DNA of 32,000 nucleotides from Aliivibrio fischeri ES114 (lineage in GTDB: Bacteria > Pseudomonadota > Gammaproteobacteria > Enterobacterales > Vibrionaceae), in NCBI RefSeq assembly GCF_000011805.1, contig NC_006840.2; one strand, 5' to 3'. Position 1 is the first letter of the stretch; every line of letters starts with the position of its first letter. This document shows, piece after piece, positions 17,862 through 26,483 of this stretch. The notes beneath the pieces were generated by a model. The model did not search any database and was not told the origin of the DNA. It was given only the letters and a program-made list of their open reading frames with translations. A program made the translations under genes and the position numbers.

Positions 17862-19661
17862 ATGAATATTTTGTGGAAATTGCGCGGTTACATCAAGATG
17901 TTTTCACGCCAGTACATTATCGCCATCATTGCATTGCAAGTGGTGGCTTTATTAAGTTTGGTACCTTCTTGGTTGATTGGCCGCATTGTTGATAGCGTCA
18001 GTAGTAATGAGCTTACAGTACCATATTTGTTAGTCCACATTGGTGGTATTGTCATTTCAGCGATTGCTATGTATGGCTTACGTTATGTATGGCAAAGTCA
18101 GTTATACGGTGCTTCGATTGCTATTGCGAAAGTACTACGTCGAGATTTATTTAGAAAGTTTTCAATGCTGTCACCGTCGTTTTATTCTCGTCGCAGTACG
18201 GGCGATTTAATGGCTCATGCAACGAATGATTTGAATGCAGTTGAAGAAGCGACAGGTATGGGGATCATGACTTTAGTTGATTCCTTTATTGCTGGCTTAA
18301 CTGTAATTTTCGGAATGATTTTTATCGTAAGTGGTGAGCTTACTGCAGTGGCATTATTGCCATTTCCATTTTTGGTTTATATCACTAAGCATTATGGTAT
18401 TAATTTACATAAAACATTTGGTCGTGCACAAGCCAGTTTTGCTCATTTAAATGAAGAAGCTCGTGAAACTGTTTCGGGGATTCGTGCGGTTCGTTCTCAT
18501 GGAATTGGGCAACGTCAAGAGCTACGTTTTGGTAAAACACTGGATGAAACTCTGGAAGCTAATTTAGCTGTTGCAAAAGTGGATGCCGCATTCGCACCGA
18601 CAATTCAACTTATTTACGGCTTATCGTTTGTTATTTCATTGGCTTATGGTGCGTGGTTAATTAACCATGATCAGATTTCAGTGGGGTTATTTACGACGTT
18701 TACGTTATATCTTGGCCAATTGTTAGGACCATTTTTACAATTTGGCTGGCAATTTAATGTTTTCCAACGAGGTAGTACGTCATGGAAACGTTTAGATGCA
18801 CTTTTTTCAGAAAAAGAAGAAGTGGTTGAAGGTAGTGTTACATTACCTTCCGATGCGAAAGCGTCATTGGATATCAATATAACTTCATTTTCTTATCAAA
18901 ATACGAACCGACGGGCACTTGAAAGAATAAATATGACGGTTGATGAAGGTGGATTTATAGGTATTACAGGGCCAACTGGTAGCGGAAAAAGTACCTTGTT
19001 GCATTTGATTCTAAGACAGTTTGAGTTAGAACATTCATCAAACATAAGTATTGATAGTTATCCAGTGCAATCATTAACTTTTCATTCTTTGCGTAGCAAG
19101 ATTGCATGGGTTCCGCAAAAGCCGTTCTTATTTTCAGGGTCCATTGCTGAAAATATCGCATTAGCTAAACCAGAGGCCACGGAAGCGCAAATCCAATACG
19201 TGGCAGAAATGGCAGGAATTAAAAACGAAATTGATACCATGCCTGACGGGTTTAATACTGAGTTACGAGAAGGTGGTGGAAACCTTTCTGGTGGACAGCG
19301 CCAAAGGTTAACGCTTGCAAGAGCCTTATTATCTGATGCGGATATTTTGCTGTTAGATGATCCGTTCAGTGCATTAGATATTAAAACTGAAGTGATTATT
19401 CGTCGAAATTTAAAAGAAAATTACAACCATAAAACCATTTTGTTAGTAACACAACGTTTACCTAATTTAATCGAAGCTGATCGAATTTTTGTATTAAATG
19501 AAGGGCAAATTGAAGAGCAAGGGTCACATCATGACTTACTGGCTAATCAAGGTTGGTATTCGATGGTTTACCAGAGACAAAGTCAACTAAACACCGTTAT
19601 TGGAGAGATCTCAATTCCTAATGGTACAGAGATGAAGAAACTAGGAGATCATAATGAGTAA
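17862..19661 (+). CDS. ABC exporter half-transporter (TMD-NBD), MdlA-like, with degenerate catalytic residues
   Basis: Six-TM N-terminal domain. Walker A GPTGSGKST and signature LSGGQRQR are canonical. Walker B reads ILLLDDPFSALD (Asp in place of the catalytic Glu) and the H-loop position reads VTQRL (Gln in place of His). It starts 4 nt after gshA. Confidence 0.9.
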   Translation: MNILWKLRGYIKMFSRQYIIAIIALQVVALLSLVPSWLIGRIVDSVSSNELTVPYLLVHIGGIVISAIAMYGLRYVWQSQLYGASIAIAKVLRRDLFRKFSMLSPSFYSRRSTGDLMAHATNDLNAVEEATGMGIMTLVDSFIAGLTVIFGMIFIVSGELTAVALLPFPFLVYITKHYGINLHKTFGRAQASFAHLNEEARETVSGIRAVRSHGIGQRQELRFGKTLDETLEANLAVAKVDAAFAPTIQLIYGLSFVISLAYGAWLINHDQISVGLFTTFTLYLGQLLGPFLQFGWQFNVFQRGSTSWKRLDALFSEKEEVVEGSVTLPSDAKASLDINITSFSYQNTNRRALERINMTVDEGGFIGITGPTGSGKSTLLHLILRQFELEHSSNISIDSYPVQSLTFHSLRSKIAWVPQKPFLFSGSIAENIALAKPEATEAQIQYVAEMAGIKNEIDTMPDGFNTELREGGGNLSGGQRQRLTLARALLSDADILLLDDPFSALDIKTEVIIRRNLKENYNHKTILLVTQRLPNLIEADRIFVLNEGQIEEQGSHHDLLANQGWYSMVYQRQSQLNTVIGEISIPNGTEMKKLGDHNE

Positions 19662-21471
19662 AGAACAAGCACAGCAACCAAGTGATATGTTCTTGTTTAA
19701 ACGATTGGTCGCTTATTCTCTTCCACATAAAATGCGATTTATTGTCGCGTTTATGATGCTATCGGTAGCGATAAGTGCTGAAATGGCGATTCCATGGATG
19801 GCGAAGATTATCCTTGATGACGTTATCGTACCGCAGCAATTTGAATGGCCACATCTGATAGGGCTTGTTAGCTTAGTAATGGTGTTTTATGTGATATCGG
19901 CGTTATTTACTTATTTGCAAGCGGTGTCATTTCGTCACAGTGCCTTGTTAGTGATTAATGATGTGAGAAAACAGTTGTTTAATCATGTGCTGAATTTTCC
20001 AATCAGCACCTTTGATAAATTATCCGCTGGTAAATTGGTTTCTTATATCACTAATGATACTGAATCGATGCGTGATATGTTTGTTTCAACGATACCTACA
20101 ATCATTCAAGGTAGCTTACGCATCATTGCGATATTTATTGCGATAGCGATCTTGGATTGGCGCTTGATGTTATTGAGCTTAGTTTTGATCCCGATACTAC
20201 TGACAACAATGCATTTGTATCGAAAAATCTCAATGCCAGTGTTTAATGGGATTAGAGAGCAGGTCAGTAATATTAATGGACGTATTAACGAATCGTTACA
20301 AGGAATGTCACTGATTCAGGCGTTTAATCAAGAAAAAGTGTTTAAAGATAAGTTTGAAAAAGAAAACCAACGTTGGTTTGAGTTTAGAACGAAATCAATC
20401 GCGATTGATAGCTTAATGCTTATTCCATTAACACGTTTAGTCTCCAATTTAACGGCTGTTGGTATTGTAGCGTGGTTCGCTAATGCATCATTAACGACAG
20501 TGGTTGAAATCGGAACGCTATATGCATTTTTAAATTATATAGAACGCTTTTTTGACCCATTCCGACAACTTTCAATGGAGTTACGTAAATTACAAGTGGC
20601 GACTGTTGCATCAAAACGAGTGTTTGAGTTGCTAGATGAAAAATCAGAACAGAATCGTTACCCTCAAGAATTTGCAGAGTTAGTCACACCACATGATATT
20701 GAGTTTAAGAATGTGAATCTAAGTTATGATGAGGAACATTTGGTTTTATCTGATGTGAGTTTTGTAGCTAAAGGTGGGAAGTTTACGGCGATAGTAGGTC
20801 ATACGGGCAGTGGAAAAAGCTCAGTAATCAATTTGCTTATGAGATTCTACCAACATCAAAAAGGCTCCATCTTAATTGGAGGCCAACCGATTGAATCACT
20901 GCCAGAAATTCAATTGAGAAAAATGTTTGGTTTAGTATCTCAAGACCCAACTATATTTAGTGGCTCGATAATTGAAAATATTGATTTATCACATTCAACC
21001 CCAGATAAAGAAAAGGTAATTGCAGCAGCGCAGCAGGTAAAAGCACATCAATTTATTAATCGATTAACTAATGGTTATGAGCATCAACCAGGGCATGGCG
21101 GCGCATCACTTTCAGTGGGAGAAAGGCAGCTTTTAGCATTAGCTCGTGCTATTTCGCACCAACCAAGTATTTTCTTATTGGATGAAGCGACTGCAAATAT
21201 TGATAGTGAAACGGAAGAAGCAGTAAAAGAAGCATTAGAAAATATTCAAGATGGGAGAACAGTAATCATGGTCGCTCATCGATTATCAACGATAAAAAAT
21301 GCGGATCAAATTTTGGTCATGAATAAAGGAAAAGTGGTTCAAAGTGGCACGCATGACGAGCTTATTATTCAAGATGGTGATTACCGAAGTTTATATTTAG
21401 CGCAAAAAGCGCAAGAAGAAAATGAACATCAGAATAGCACACTTGGTTTAGCTGGAATTAACGCAGCTTGA
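19654..21471 (+). CDS. ABC exporter half-transporter (TMD-NBD), MdlB-like, with consensus catalytic residues and a deviant signature
   Basis: Walker A GHTGSGKSS, Walker B IFLLDEATANID and H-loop VAHRL are all canonical. The signature is LSVGERQ. It overlaps the upstream ABC gene by 8 nt. Confidence 0.9.
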   Translation: MSKEQAQQPSDMFLFKRLVAYSLPHKMRFIVAFMMLSVAISAEMAIPWMAKIILDDVIVPQQFEWPHLIGLVSLVMVFYVISALFTYLQAVSFRHSALLVINDVRKQLFNHVLNFPISTFDKLSAGKLVSYITNDTESMRDMFVSTIPTIIQGSLRIIAIFIAIAILDWRLMLLSLVLIPILLTTMHLYRKISMPVFNGIREQVSNINGRINESLQGMSLIQAFNQEKVFKDKFEKENQRWFEFRTKSIAIDSLMLIPLTRLVSNLTAVGIVAWFANASLTTVVEIGTLYAFLNYIERFFDPFRQLSMELRKLQVATVASKRVFELLDEKSEQNRYPQEFAELVTPHDIEFKNVNLSYDEEHLVLSDVSFVAKGGKFTAIVGHTGSGKSSVINLLMRFYQHQKGSILIGGQPIESLPEIQLRKMFGLVSQDPTIFSGSIIENIDLSHSTPDKEKVIAAAQQVKAHQFINRLTNGYEHQPGHGGASLSVGERQLLALARAISHQPSIFLLDEATANIDSETEEAVKEALENIQDGRTVIMVAHRLSTIKNADQILVMNKGKVVQSGTHDELIIQDGDYRSLYLAQKAQEENEHQNSTLGLAGINAA

Positions 21472-21495
21472 ATTATTGAATTTAGAGTTATAAAA

Positions 21496-22956
21496 ATGAA
21501 TACAGAAAAAAAACTGTTGGTTTCTCAACAAATCATTGAAGATGCATGTGAATGGGCAATCATGCATGGGGTAGCATTCAGACAAGCAGATAATACGGCA
21601 AGACATTGTCCATTTAGTATCGCTCCTATGAGTATCGAGCGTGATGTGTATCAACATTTGTTGAGAGTGACTCCGTTAATCACTAAATTAATCCATAACG
21701 TTTCTGAAGATCATGATTTTCTCCAATCATCATTAAGTGATATGGCAAAAGCTGATCCGTTCTTTGGTTTATTAATGTCATTACATCAACAACTGCATGG
21801 TGACGCTCATAATAAACTTGTTGCTGAGCGTCAGCCGTTATTATTGATGCGAACTGATTTTATGGATGATCGTCAACACGGTGCAAAAGTCATTGAATTT
21901 AATGGTATTGCAGCTGGCATGGGGCCTTTTGGTCAACGAGCGGCAGAACTTCATGCGTTTATGAAACAGCAATGGCCAAATACGTATCACCAATGGATTG
22001 AAGATGCATCGGCTGTGCCTGCTGAAAATCAAGGTTTAGAACAACTTGCATATGGTATTGCAGCGGCAGCGAAATCGGTAAATGCGCATTTTGGTAATGA
22101 AAGCAAACCGACATTCTTGATGGTTGTACAAAAGAATGAAGATAACGTGTATGACCAACATTTGTTGGAAGTTGAACTCCAAAAGCAAGGTGTTCGAACG
22201 GTTCGAAGAACGTTTGAACAATTAAGAACTCAGCTATCTAGTGGTGATAATAAACGTTTATTGCTAGAAAACGTTGGTGCTGTTGATGTGGTTTATTTAC
22301 GTGCAGGCTATCAGTATGAGGATTATTTCTCAGCAGAGCTTAATGAGCCTATTTGTTGTCATACGTTGAGCCAAACAAGGTTATTTATTGAACAGCATCA
22401 TGTTGCCGTTAATGCAACGATTAGTCAGCAATTAGCGACCAGTAAATCAATGCAAATGTTGTTAACTATGATGCCAGAAAGTGAATATTCTCGTTGGGGA
22501 TTGAGTATAGATGAAGCATCATTGGTTAAAAGCGTTTTAGCTGATATGAAACCGATTAATACCGATACTATTCATTGGTTTACCCTTAATGCAAATAAGT
22601 CTGAATGGGTATTAAAAAATCAAGGTGAAGGTGGTGGTCATTGCGTTTTTGGTGATGATATTACCCAAAAGCTTAATCAATTAGATGCTGCAGAATATGA
22701 TGCATGGGCGTTAATGCAGCGCTTATACCCTCATGAACGTGATACACCAACGGTTGCGGTTCGAGATGGTGAACAGACTCTTGTAAATGATTTAGTGAGC
22801 GAAATAGGGCTGTTTACCGCTTATTACAATGGTAAGCCGGTCACTGAGCTGAATGGTTATGCGGGTTATTTAATTCGTAGTAAGCCTGCCAGTGAAAATG
22901 AAGGTGGAATTCATAGCGGAAAAGGCATTTTAGATTCTCTGGTTTTAGTGGATTAA
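21496..22956 (+). CDS. eukaryotic-type glutathione synthetase (GSS/Gsh2-like ATP-grasp)
   Basis: 486 aa. It aligns along its whole length with human GSS as I remember it: VIEFNGIAAG vs IEINTISASFG, TVRRTFEQL vs VIRRTFEDI, VVYLRAGY vs VVYFRDGY, LKNQGEGGGHCVFGDDI vs LKPQREGGGNNLYGEEM, SEIGLF vs SELGIF, and GYLIRSK...EGG vs GHLLRTK...DGG. It is not the ~315-aa bacterial GshB type. Confidence 0.85.
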   Translation: MNTEKKLLVSQQIIEDACEWAIMHGVAFRQADNTARHCPFSIAPMSIERDVYQHLLRVTPLITKLIHNVSEDHDFLQSSLSDMAKADPFFGLLMSLHQQLHGDAHNKLVAERQPLLLMRTDFMDDRQHGAKVIEFNGIAAGMGPFGQRAAELHAFMKQQWPNTYHQWIEDASAVPAENQGLEQLAYGIAAAAKSVNAHFGNESKPTFLMVVQKNEDNVYDQHLLEVELQKQGVRTVRRTFEQLRTQLSSGDNKRLLLENVGAVDVVYLRAGYQYEDYFSAELNEPICCHTLSQTRLFIEQHHVAVNATISQQLATSKSMQMLLTMMPESEYSRWGLSIDEASLVKSVLADMKPINTDTIHWFTLNANKSEWVLKNQGEGGGHCVFGDDITQKLNQLDAAEYDAWALMQRLYPHERDTPTVAVRDGEQTLVNDLVSEIGLFTAYYNGKPVTELNGYAGYLIRSKPASENEGGIHSGKGILDSLVLVD

Positions 22957-23085
22957 CTTTTCCTTAATACAAACTGAACCAAACATTAAAATAGCTCACA
23001 AAAAATACGAGTCTCAATTGTGGACTCACACTCAGTTTATGCATTTAAGTACCTTATGGTCATTGAATAAATGAGGTGTTTTTTA

Positions 23086-23319
23086 ATGGCTGATATTTTT
23101 GTTTGGCTCGGTGTTGTAGTGTTTCTCGTTGGCGGTGCTTTGCTAGTCTTAGAGGCTTTTAGCCAGAGTATTGTGTGGGGGATGTTGTGCATCATTTTTA
23201 ATCCTATTGCGATTGTCTTTTGTAGTATGCATTGGAAAGATGCCAAATACCCTTTTGCCATTCAGAGTATAGGGCTTGTTATCACATTATTAAGTTTATT
23301 GTTACAGTCTAATTATTGA
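23086..23319 (+). CDS. small hypothetical membrane protein (about 77 aa, 3 predicted TM segments)
   Basis: Strongly hydrophobic, helix-like segments. GAGG lies about 8 nt upstream of ATG 23086. I prefer it to the overlapping antisense ORF 23037..23261. I recognised no family. Confidence 0.45.
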   Translation: MADIFVWLGVVVFLVGGALLVLEAFSQSIVWGMLCIIFNPIAIVFCSMHWKDAKYPFAIQSIGLVITLLSLLLQSNY

Positions 23320-23385
23320 TTTTCACTTTATTCATACAATGACTTTCGGTACATTGAGTGAATCGTTAATAAAGAGAACGGAAAC

Positions 23386-23808
23386 ATGTTTGAAGTAAAA
23401 AATGTTGCATATATAAATAAAGAAAAAGAAGAAATCCGTTCTATTCGAGATTCGGTTTTTATTCAAGAGCAAGAGATCGATCCTGAAATTGAATTTGATG
23501 GTTTAGACTCAAGTGCTGTTCATGCGCTTGTGTATTGTGATGGAGAAGCGGTTGGAACTGGACGCATTTTAAGTGATGGTCATATTGGACGCATTGCGAT
23601 TTTAAAAGCGTATCGCTCTAAAGGTTTAGGTTCTAAAATTGTATTATCACTTATAGAAGAAGCGGTAAGCCAAAACTATGAGCGTGTATATTTAGGCTCT
23701 CAAAAACACGCTATTCAGTTTTATGAAAAACTAGGTTTCCGACCTTATGGCGAAGAGTTTATTGAAGCCGATATTCCACACCTATCAATGGAAAAAATGA
23801 TTAAGTAG
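23386..23808 (+). CDS. GNAT family N-acetyltransferase
   Basis: 140 aa. Acetyl-CoA motif A in IGRIAILKAYRSKGLGSKIV, and the C-terminal FYEKLGFRPYGE typical of GNATs. Confidence 0.85.
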   Translation: MFEVKNVAYINKEKEEIRSIRDSVFIQEQEIDPEIEFDGLDSSAVHALVYCDGEAVGTGRILSDGHIGRIAILKAYRSKGLGSKIVLSLIEEAVSQNYERVYLGSQKHAIQFYEKLGFRPYGEEFIEADIPHLSMEKMIK

Positions 23809-23819
23809 TCAATTGTTTA

Positions 23820-23858
23820 AAGGTTCTTATTAAAAAGTGATAAGAACCTTTCCTTTAT
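23820..23858 (+). terminator. terminator hairpin after the GNAT gene (overlaps the 3' end of the convergent reductase gene)
   Basis: AAGGTTCTTAT-(9 nt)-ATAAGAACCTT perfect 11-bp stem followed by a T-rich tract. Confidence 0.55.
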
Positions 23859-24810
23859 TAACCGTTCTGGTTTTTTCAATATATTGAATCGCATGATGAA
23901 TTTCTTTTAAAGAGAAATAACGATCAATTGTTGTATCTGCAATTCCTTGATGAACAAGATTCATTACTTCATTCAATTTGTGTTGAATCAGCGGCTTTTC
24001 AGCTGAATGTATCCACTGCCTAAGATGAAAATATGAAAATTGAATATCAGGGCGTTGAATCCAGAAATCAGCAGGAATTGGTTGCTTAGACAATAAACCA
24101 TAATTAATAAACTGACCGTGTTCTTTTATGATGTGGGTGTATAAAAGGGCATCATCTCCACCAATGAAGTCTAATACAGCATCGATTTTATTATTTTTTG
24201 TTATATCGAGTAGCTGTTGGTAATCAGCATTATTTGATGTATTGATGATGGTGTGAACTCTGCAGTTTTCAAATTCTTCTATAGTGTTGTCTCGGCGAAC
24301 TAAAGCAATCGGTGTAATGCCTAAGTGATTTAACATTCGAATAAGCATTAATCCGATTGCCGAGTTGGCAGCATTAACAATAATAGACATATCAGAATGA
24401 ATATTGAGAGCTTCAGTTAGCATTAACCATGCAGTCATCGGATTTATATATGACGTTGCTGCTTGCTCATCGCTCAAATTTTCTGGAATGGTAAAGCACC
24501 ACTCCTCTTTTGTGTTTCGGTATTTTTGCCATGCGCCAGCAGTGCCAATAGGCAGCACTCTGTCACCAATTGAAAATATAGATGTTGAATCTGAGCATTT
24601 TGTTACCTTTCCTATACCTTCAAATCCAGGTACAAATGGTAATGTTATTCGAGAGCGATAGGCTCCTGAAATTGTTATTAGATCTGAGGGATTAATCGTA
24701 CTGAGCTTCATTTCTACTTGAAGTTCATTAATTAGTGGTTCTGAAGGGGAGTAATGTTCGAGTTGAACAGACTCTAATGCAGGTCCAAATTGTTGAATGA
24801 TGGCTCTCAT
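23830..24810 (-). CDS. MDR superfamily NAD(P)H-dependent oxidoreductase (quinone oxidoreductase / enoyl reductase ETR-like)
   Basis: INPSDLITISGAY...VPGFEGIGKV is the zinc-free MDR/ETR pattern. The nucleotide-binding region is NAANSAIGLMLIRM, and the C-terminus has KGKVLI. I prefer ATG 24810 (MRAIIQQF...) over the TTG at 24870. Confidence 0.8.
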   Translation of the reverse strand: MRAIIQQFGPALESVQLEHYSPSEPLINELQVEMKLSTINPSDLITISGAYRSRITLPFVPGFEGIGKVTKCSDSTSIFSIGDRVLPIGTAGAWQKYRNTKEEWCFTIPENLSDEQAATSYINPMTAWLMLTEALNIHSDMSIIVNAANSAIGLMLIRMLNHLGITPIALVRRDNTIEEFENCRVHTIINTSNNADYQQLLDITKNNKIDAVLDFIGGDDALLYTHIIKEHGQFINYGLLSKQPIPADFWIQRPDIQFSYFHLRQWIHSAEKPLIQHKLNEVMNLVHQGIADTTIDRYFSLKEIHHAIQYIEKTRTVNKGKVLITF

Positions 24811-24890
24811 TGAATTTAAGATATTGGTAAATAATGTTTTATGTGTAGCATAATGAGCGTGTAATACCAAGCTTACCAGTGATATCTATT

Positions 24891-24923
24891 AAAAAAGCAC
24901 AACATACTTATGCTGTGCTTTTT
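24891..24923 (-). terminator. rho-independent terminator after the acidic-protein gene
   Basis: AAGCACAACAT/ATGCTGTGCTT stem (one mismatch), flanked by A6 on the left and T-runs on the right. It is therefore usable on either strand. Confidence 0.6.
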
Positions 24924-24941
24924 AGTATTCAAGATTGTGCT

Positions 24942-25259
24942 TTAGTAATCGCTATCACTTGGTTCAATGAAGAATTCACCATCAATGGTTTCTGCAATTT
25001 CCAGAATTTTAACGATTTCACCATTAATTGTGATGTTAGCTAAACGAACAGGATCTTCATCATAAGGATGGAAAGGAGCCATTTGAACTTCAATACGGTA
25101 CTCTTCACCATCTTTACCTTGAAACCAGCCTTCACCGAATTCAAGTTCAGTTTCATCACCTTCTTCTTCACAAGTATGGTAAGCAGAAACTAATTGAGCA
25201 CCTTCAAAATTTAATGTGGTGTTTTCTTCCCACTCAACAACGTATTGTGCGTCTTCCAT
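24942..25259 (-). CDS. hypothetical highly acidic 105-aa protein
   Basis: Clean ORF with 29 Asp+Glu versus 4 Lys+Arg by my count. It has no signal peptide or TM segment. Its own terminator lies downstream. I recognised no family. Confidence 0.6.
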   Translation of the reverse strand: MEDAQYVVEWEENTTLNFEGAQLVSAYHTCEEEGDETELEFGEGWFQGKDGEEYRIEVQMAPFHPYDEDPVRLANITINGEIVKILEIAETIDGEFFIEPSDSDY

Positions 25260-25322
25260 TTTAATATCTCATAATTATTTAAGTGCGCATTGTAGCGCGC
25301 ACTGTAATAAGAATCTAAGGAA

Positions 25323-26483
25323 TTATTCGCCGGCAACCATCGGACGGTGTTGACGAATATTAGCGAATATCATGTAAATAGCTGTTGCTAATAAAATAGC
25401 AAACAAGTAGCTCATAAGACCTTCGGCAGTATTCATTAATGTATTCGCCATAACAGGGCCACATACCGAACCAATACTGTAGCTAAAAAGCATTACTTGT
25501 GTTGCTGACACAATATAAGATTCATCCAGTTGATCACATCCAAGAGAGATCGCAATTGGATAAAGTGCAAACGCGGCCATACCAAGAAGAACTAAAGCTA
25601 CTGCTAGTACAGCAGCGTGATCACTCAATGCAGTTAAACCAACAGAGAAAACACCTAAAATACAAAATAGAGCCATTAATAGTGTTTTAGCAAAATGCTT
25701 CGATAAGTAAGAAACAATCGGTTGTACTGCCATGCCACCAAGAACAATAAGAGCCATTAGACTGCCGATTTGTGCAGTATTAATATTGCGATGTTTCAAT
25801 TCTAACGGCATTAAACCATATACTGCACCCAGTAGTAGGCCAGACACGACACAGCCCATGATAGAAGCTTTGTTTAGTTTTAGTATTTGTTTAAAGTTCA
25901 AAACATTGTGGTGTTGAACTTGAGGTTGTGCCCCTTTACCAAATAATAAACAAGCAATAGCCATCATGATTAAGCCAATGATCATGTAATATGGTAGTAG
26001 GCCCTCAATACCGATAAAGCCGATACCTAGTTGTCCTAGAGATGAACCACCATAAAGCGCACCCATGTATAAGCCTAAACGTTTTGGTCGACTTTCTGCA
26101 TCGCCAATTAATAGCCAAGACTCAACAACAACAAATACACCTGCAACTGCGATACCGGCAACGAATCTTGCTACCATCCAAAATAATTCATCAGGAATAG
26201 CAGGAAGAGCTATAATTGTTGCTGCAAGCAGGGCTAAGAATAAAACAAATGAGTTTTTATGGCCTAAACGAGCCACAAAAGGTTCGATAACACCGGCACC
26301 AACAAGTAGACCTGCATAAAAAGCACTGGCTAACCAACTGGCGTATTTCGCCTCAATCCCATATTGACTTAACATTAGGGGAATTAAGCTCATTAAATAC
26401 CCTGATGCAATAGCAAATAAAGAGAGAGCAATCACAGGAATAAGTAGACCAGATTGTGATTGAGTTGATGTTGTTTGTTCCAC
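25323..26483 (-). CDS. MFS transporter (YcaD-like)
   Basis: 386 aa with about 12 TM segments. MFS motif region RLGHKNSFVLF, and FVAGIAVAGVFVVVESWLL similar to the YcaD family. Confidence 0.85.
   Translation of the reverse strand: MEQTTSTQSQSGLLIPVIALSLFAIASGYLMSLIPLMLSQYGIEAKYASWLASAFYAGLLVGAGVIEPFVARLGHKNSFVLFLALLAATIIALPAIPDELFWMVARFVAGIAVAGVFVVVESWLLIGDAESRPKRLGLYMGALYGGSSLGQLGIGFIGIEGLLPYYMIIGLIMMAIACLLFGKGAQPQVQHHNVLNFKQILKLNKASIMGCVVSGLLLGAVYGLMPLELKHRNINTAQIGSLMALIVLGGMAVQPIVSYLSKHFAKTLLMALFCILGVFSVGLTALSDHAAVLAVALVLLGMAAFALYPIAISLGCDQLDESYIVSATQVMLFSYSIGSVCGPVMANTLMNTAEGLMSYLFAILLATAIYMIFANIRQHRPMVAGE

Noticed and set aside
18671-19161. Two minus-strand ORFs (68 and 65 aa) inside the first ABC gene
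   Set aside because: They are antisense to a gene with complete in-frame Walker and signature motifs.
16259-21471. Possibility that the ABC pair is CydDC, given cydAB at the start of the window
   Set aside because: The N-terminal TMD sequences resemble MdlA/MdlB-type exporters more than the CydD/CydC sequences I remember. The genes are also 15 kb from cydAB in a separate operon. A CydDC-like function (thiol export) remains the working hypothesis, but orthology is not claimed.
21448-22221. Three minus-strand ORFs (61-69 aa) across the ABC/GS junction and inside the GS gene
   Set aside because: They are antisense to well-supported genes, and their products have skewed Cys/Phe/His composition typical of non-coding frames.
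23037-23261. 74-aa minus-strand ORF overlapping the small membrane protein gene
   Set aside because: The plus-strand frame gives coherent TM helices and has an RBS. The minus-strand product has no such features. Neither is certain.
24404-24661. 85-aa plus-strand ORF inside the MDR reductase gene
   Set aside because: It is antisense to a gene with recognisable MDR motifs.
24811-24870. TTG-initiated 20-codon extension of the reductase ORF
   Set aside because: MDR proteins begin close to the MRAIIQ-type beta strand, so the internal ATG 24810 is the more plausible start.
25282-25303. GC-rich hairpin (AGTGCGC...GCGCACT) between the MFS gene and the acidic-protein gene
   Set aside because: It forms a stable stem but has no U-tract on the minus strand, so I do not call it a terminator. 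It could be an RNA-processing or attenuation element, but I have no further evidence.
25499-26319. Three plus-strand ORFs (61-84 aa) inside the MFS transporter gene
   Set aside because: They are antisense to a 12-TM transporter gene and have Pro/Thr/Ser-rich or basic low-complexity products.
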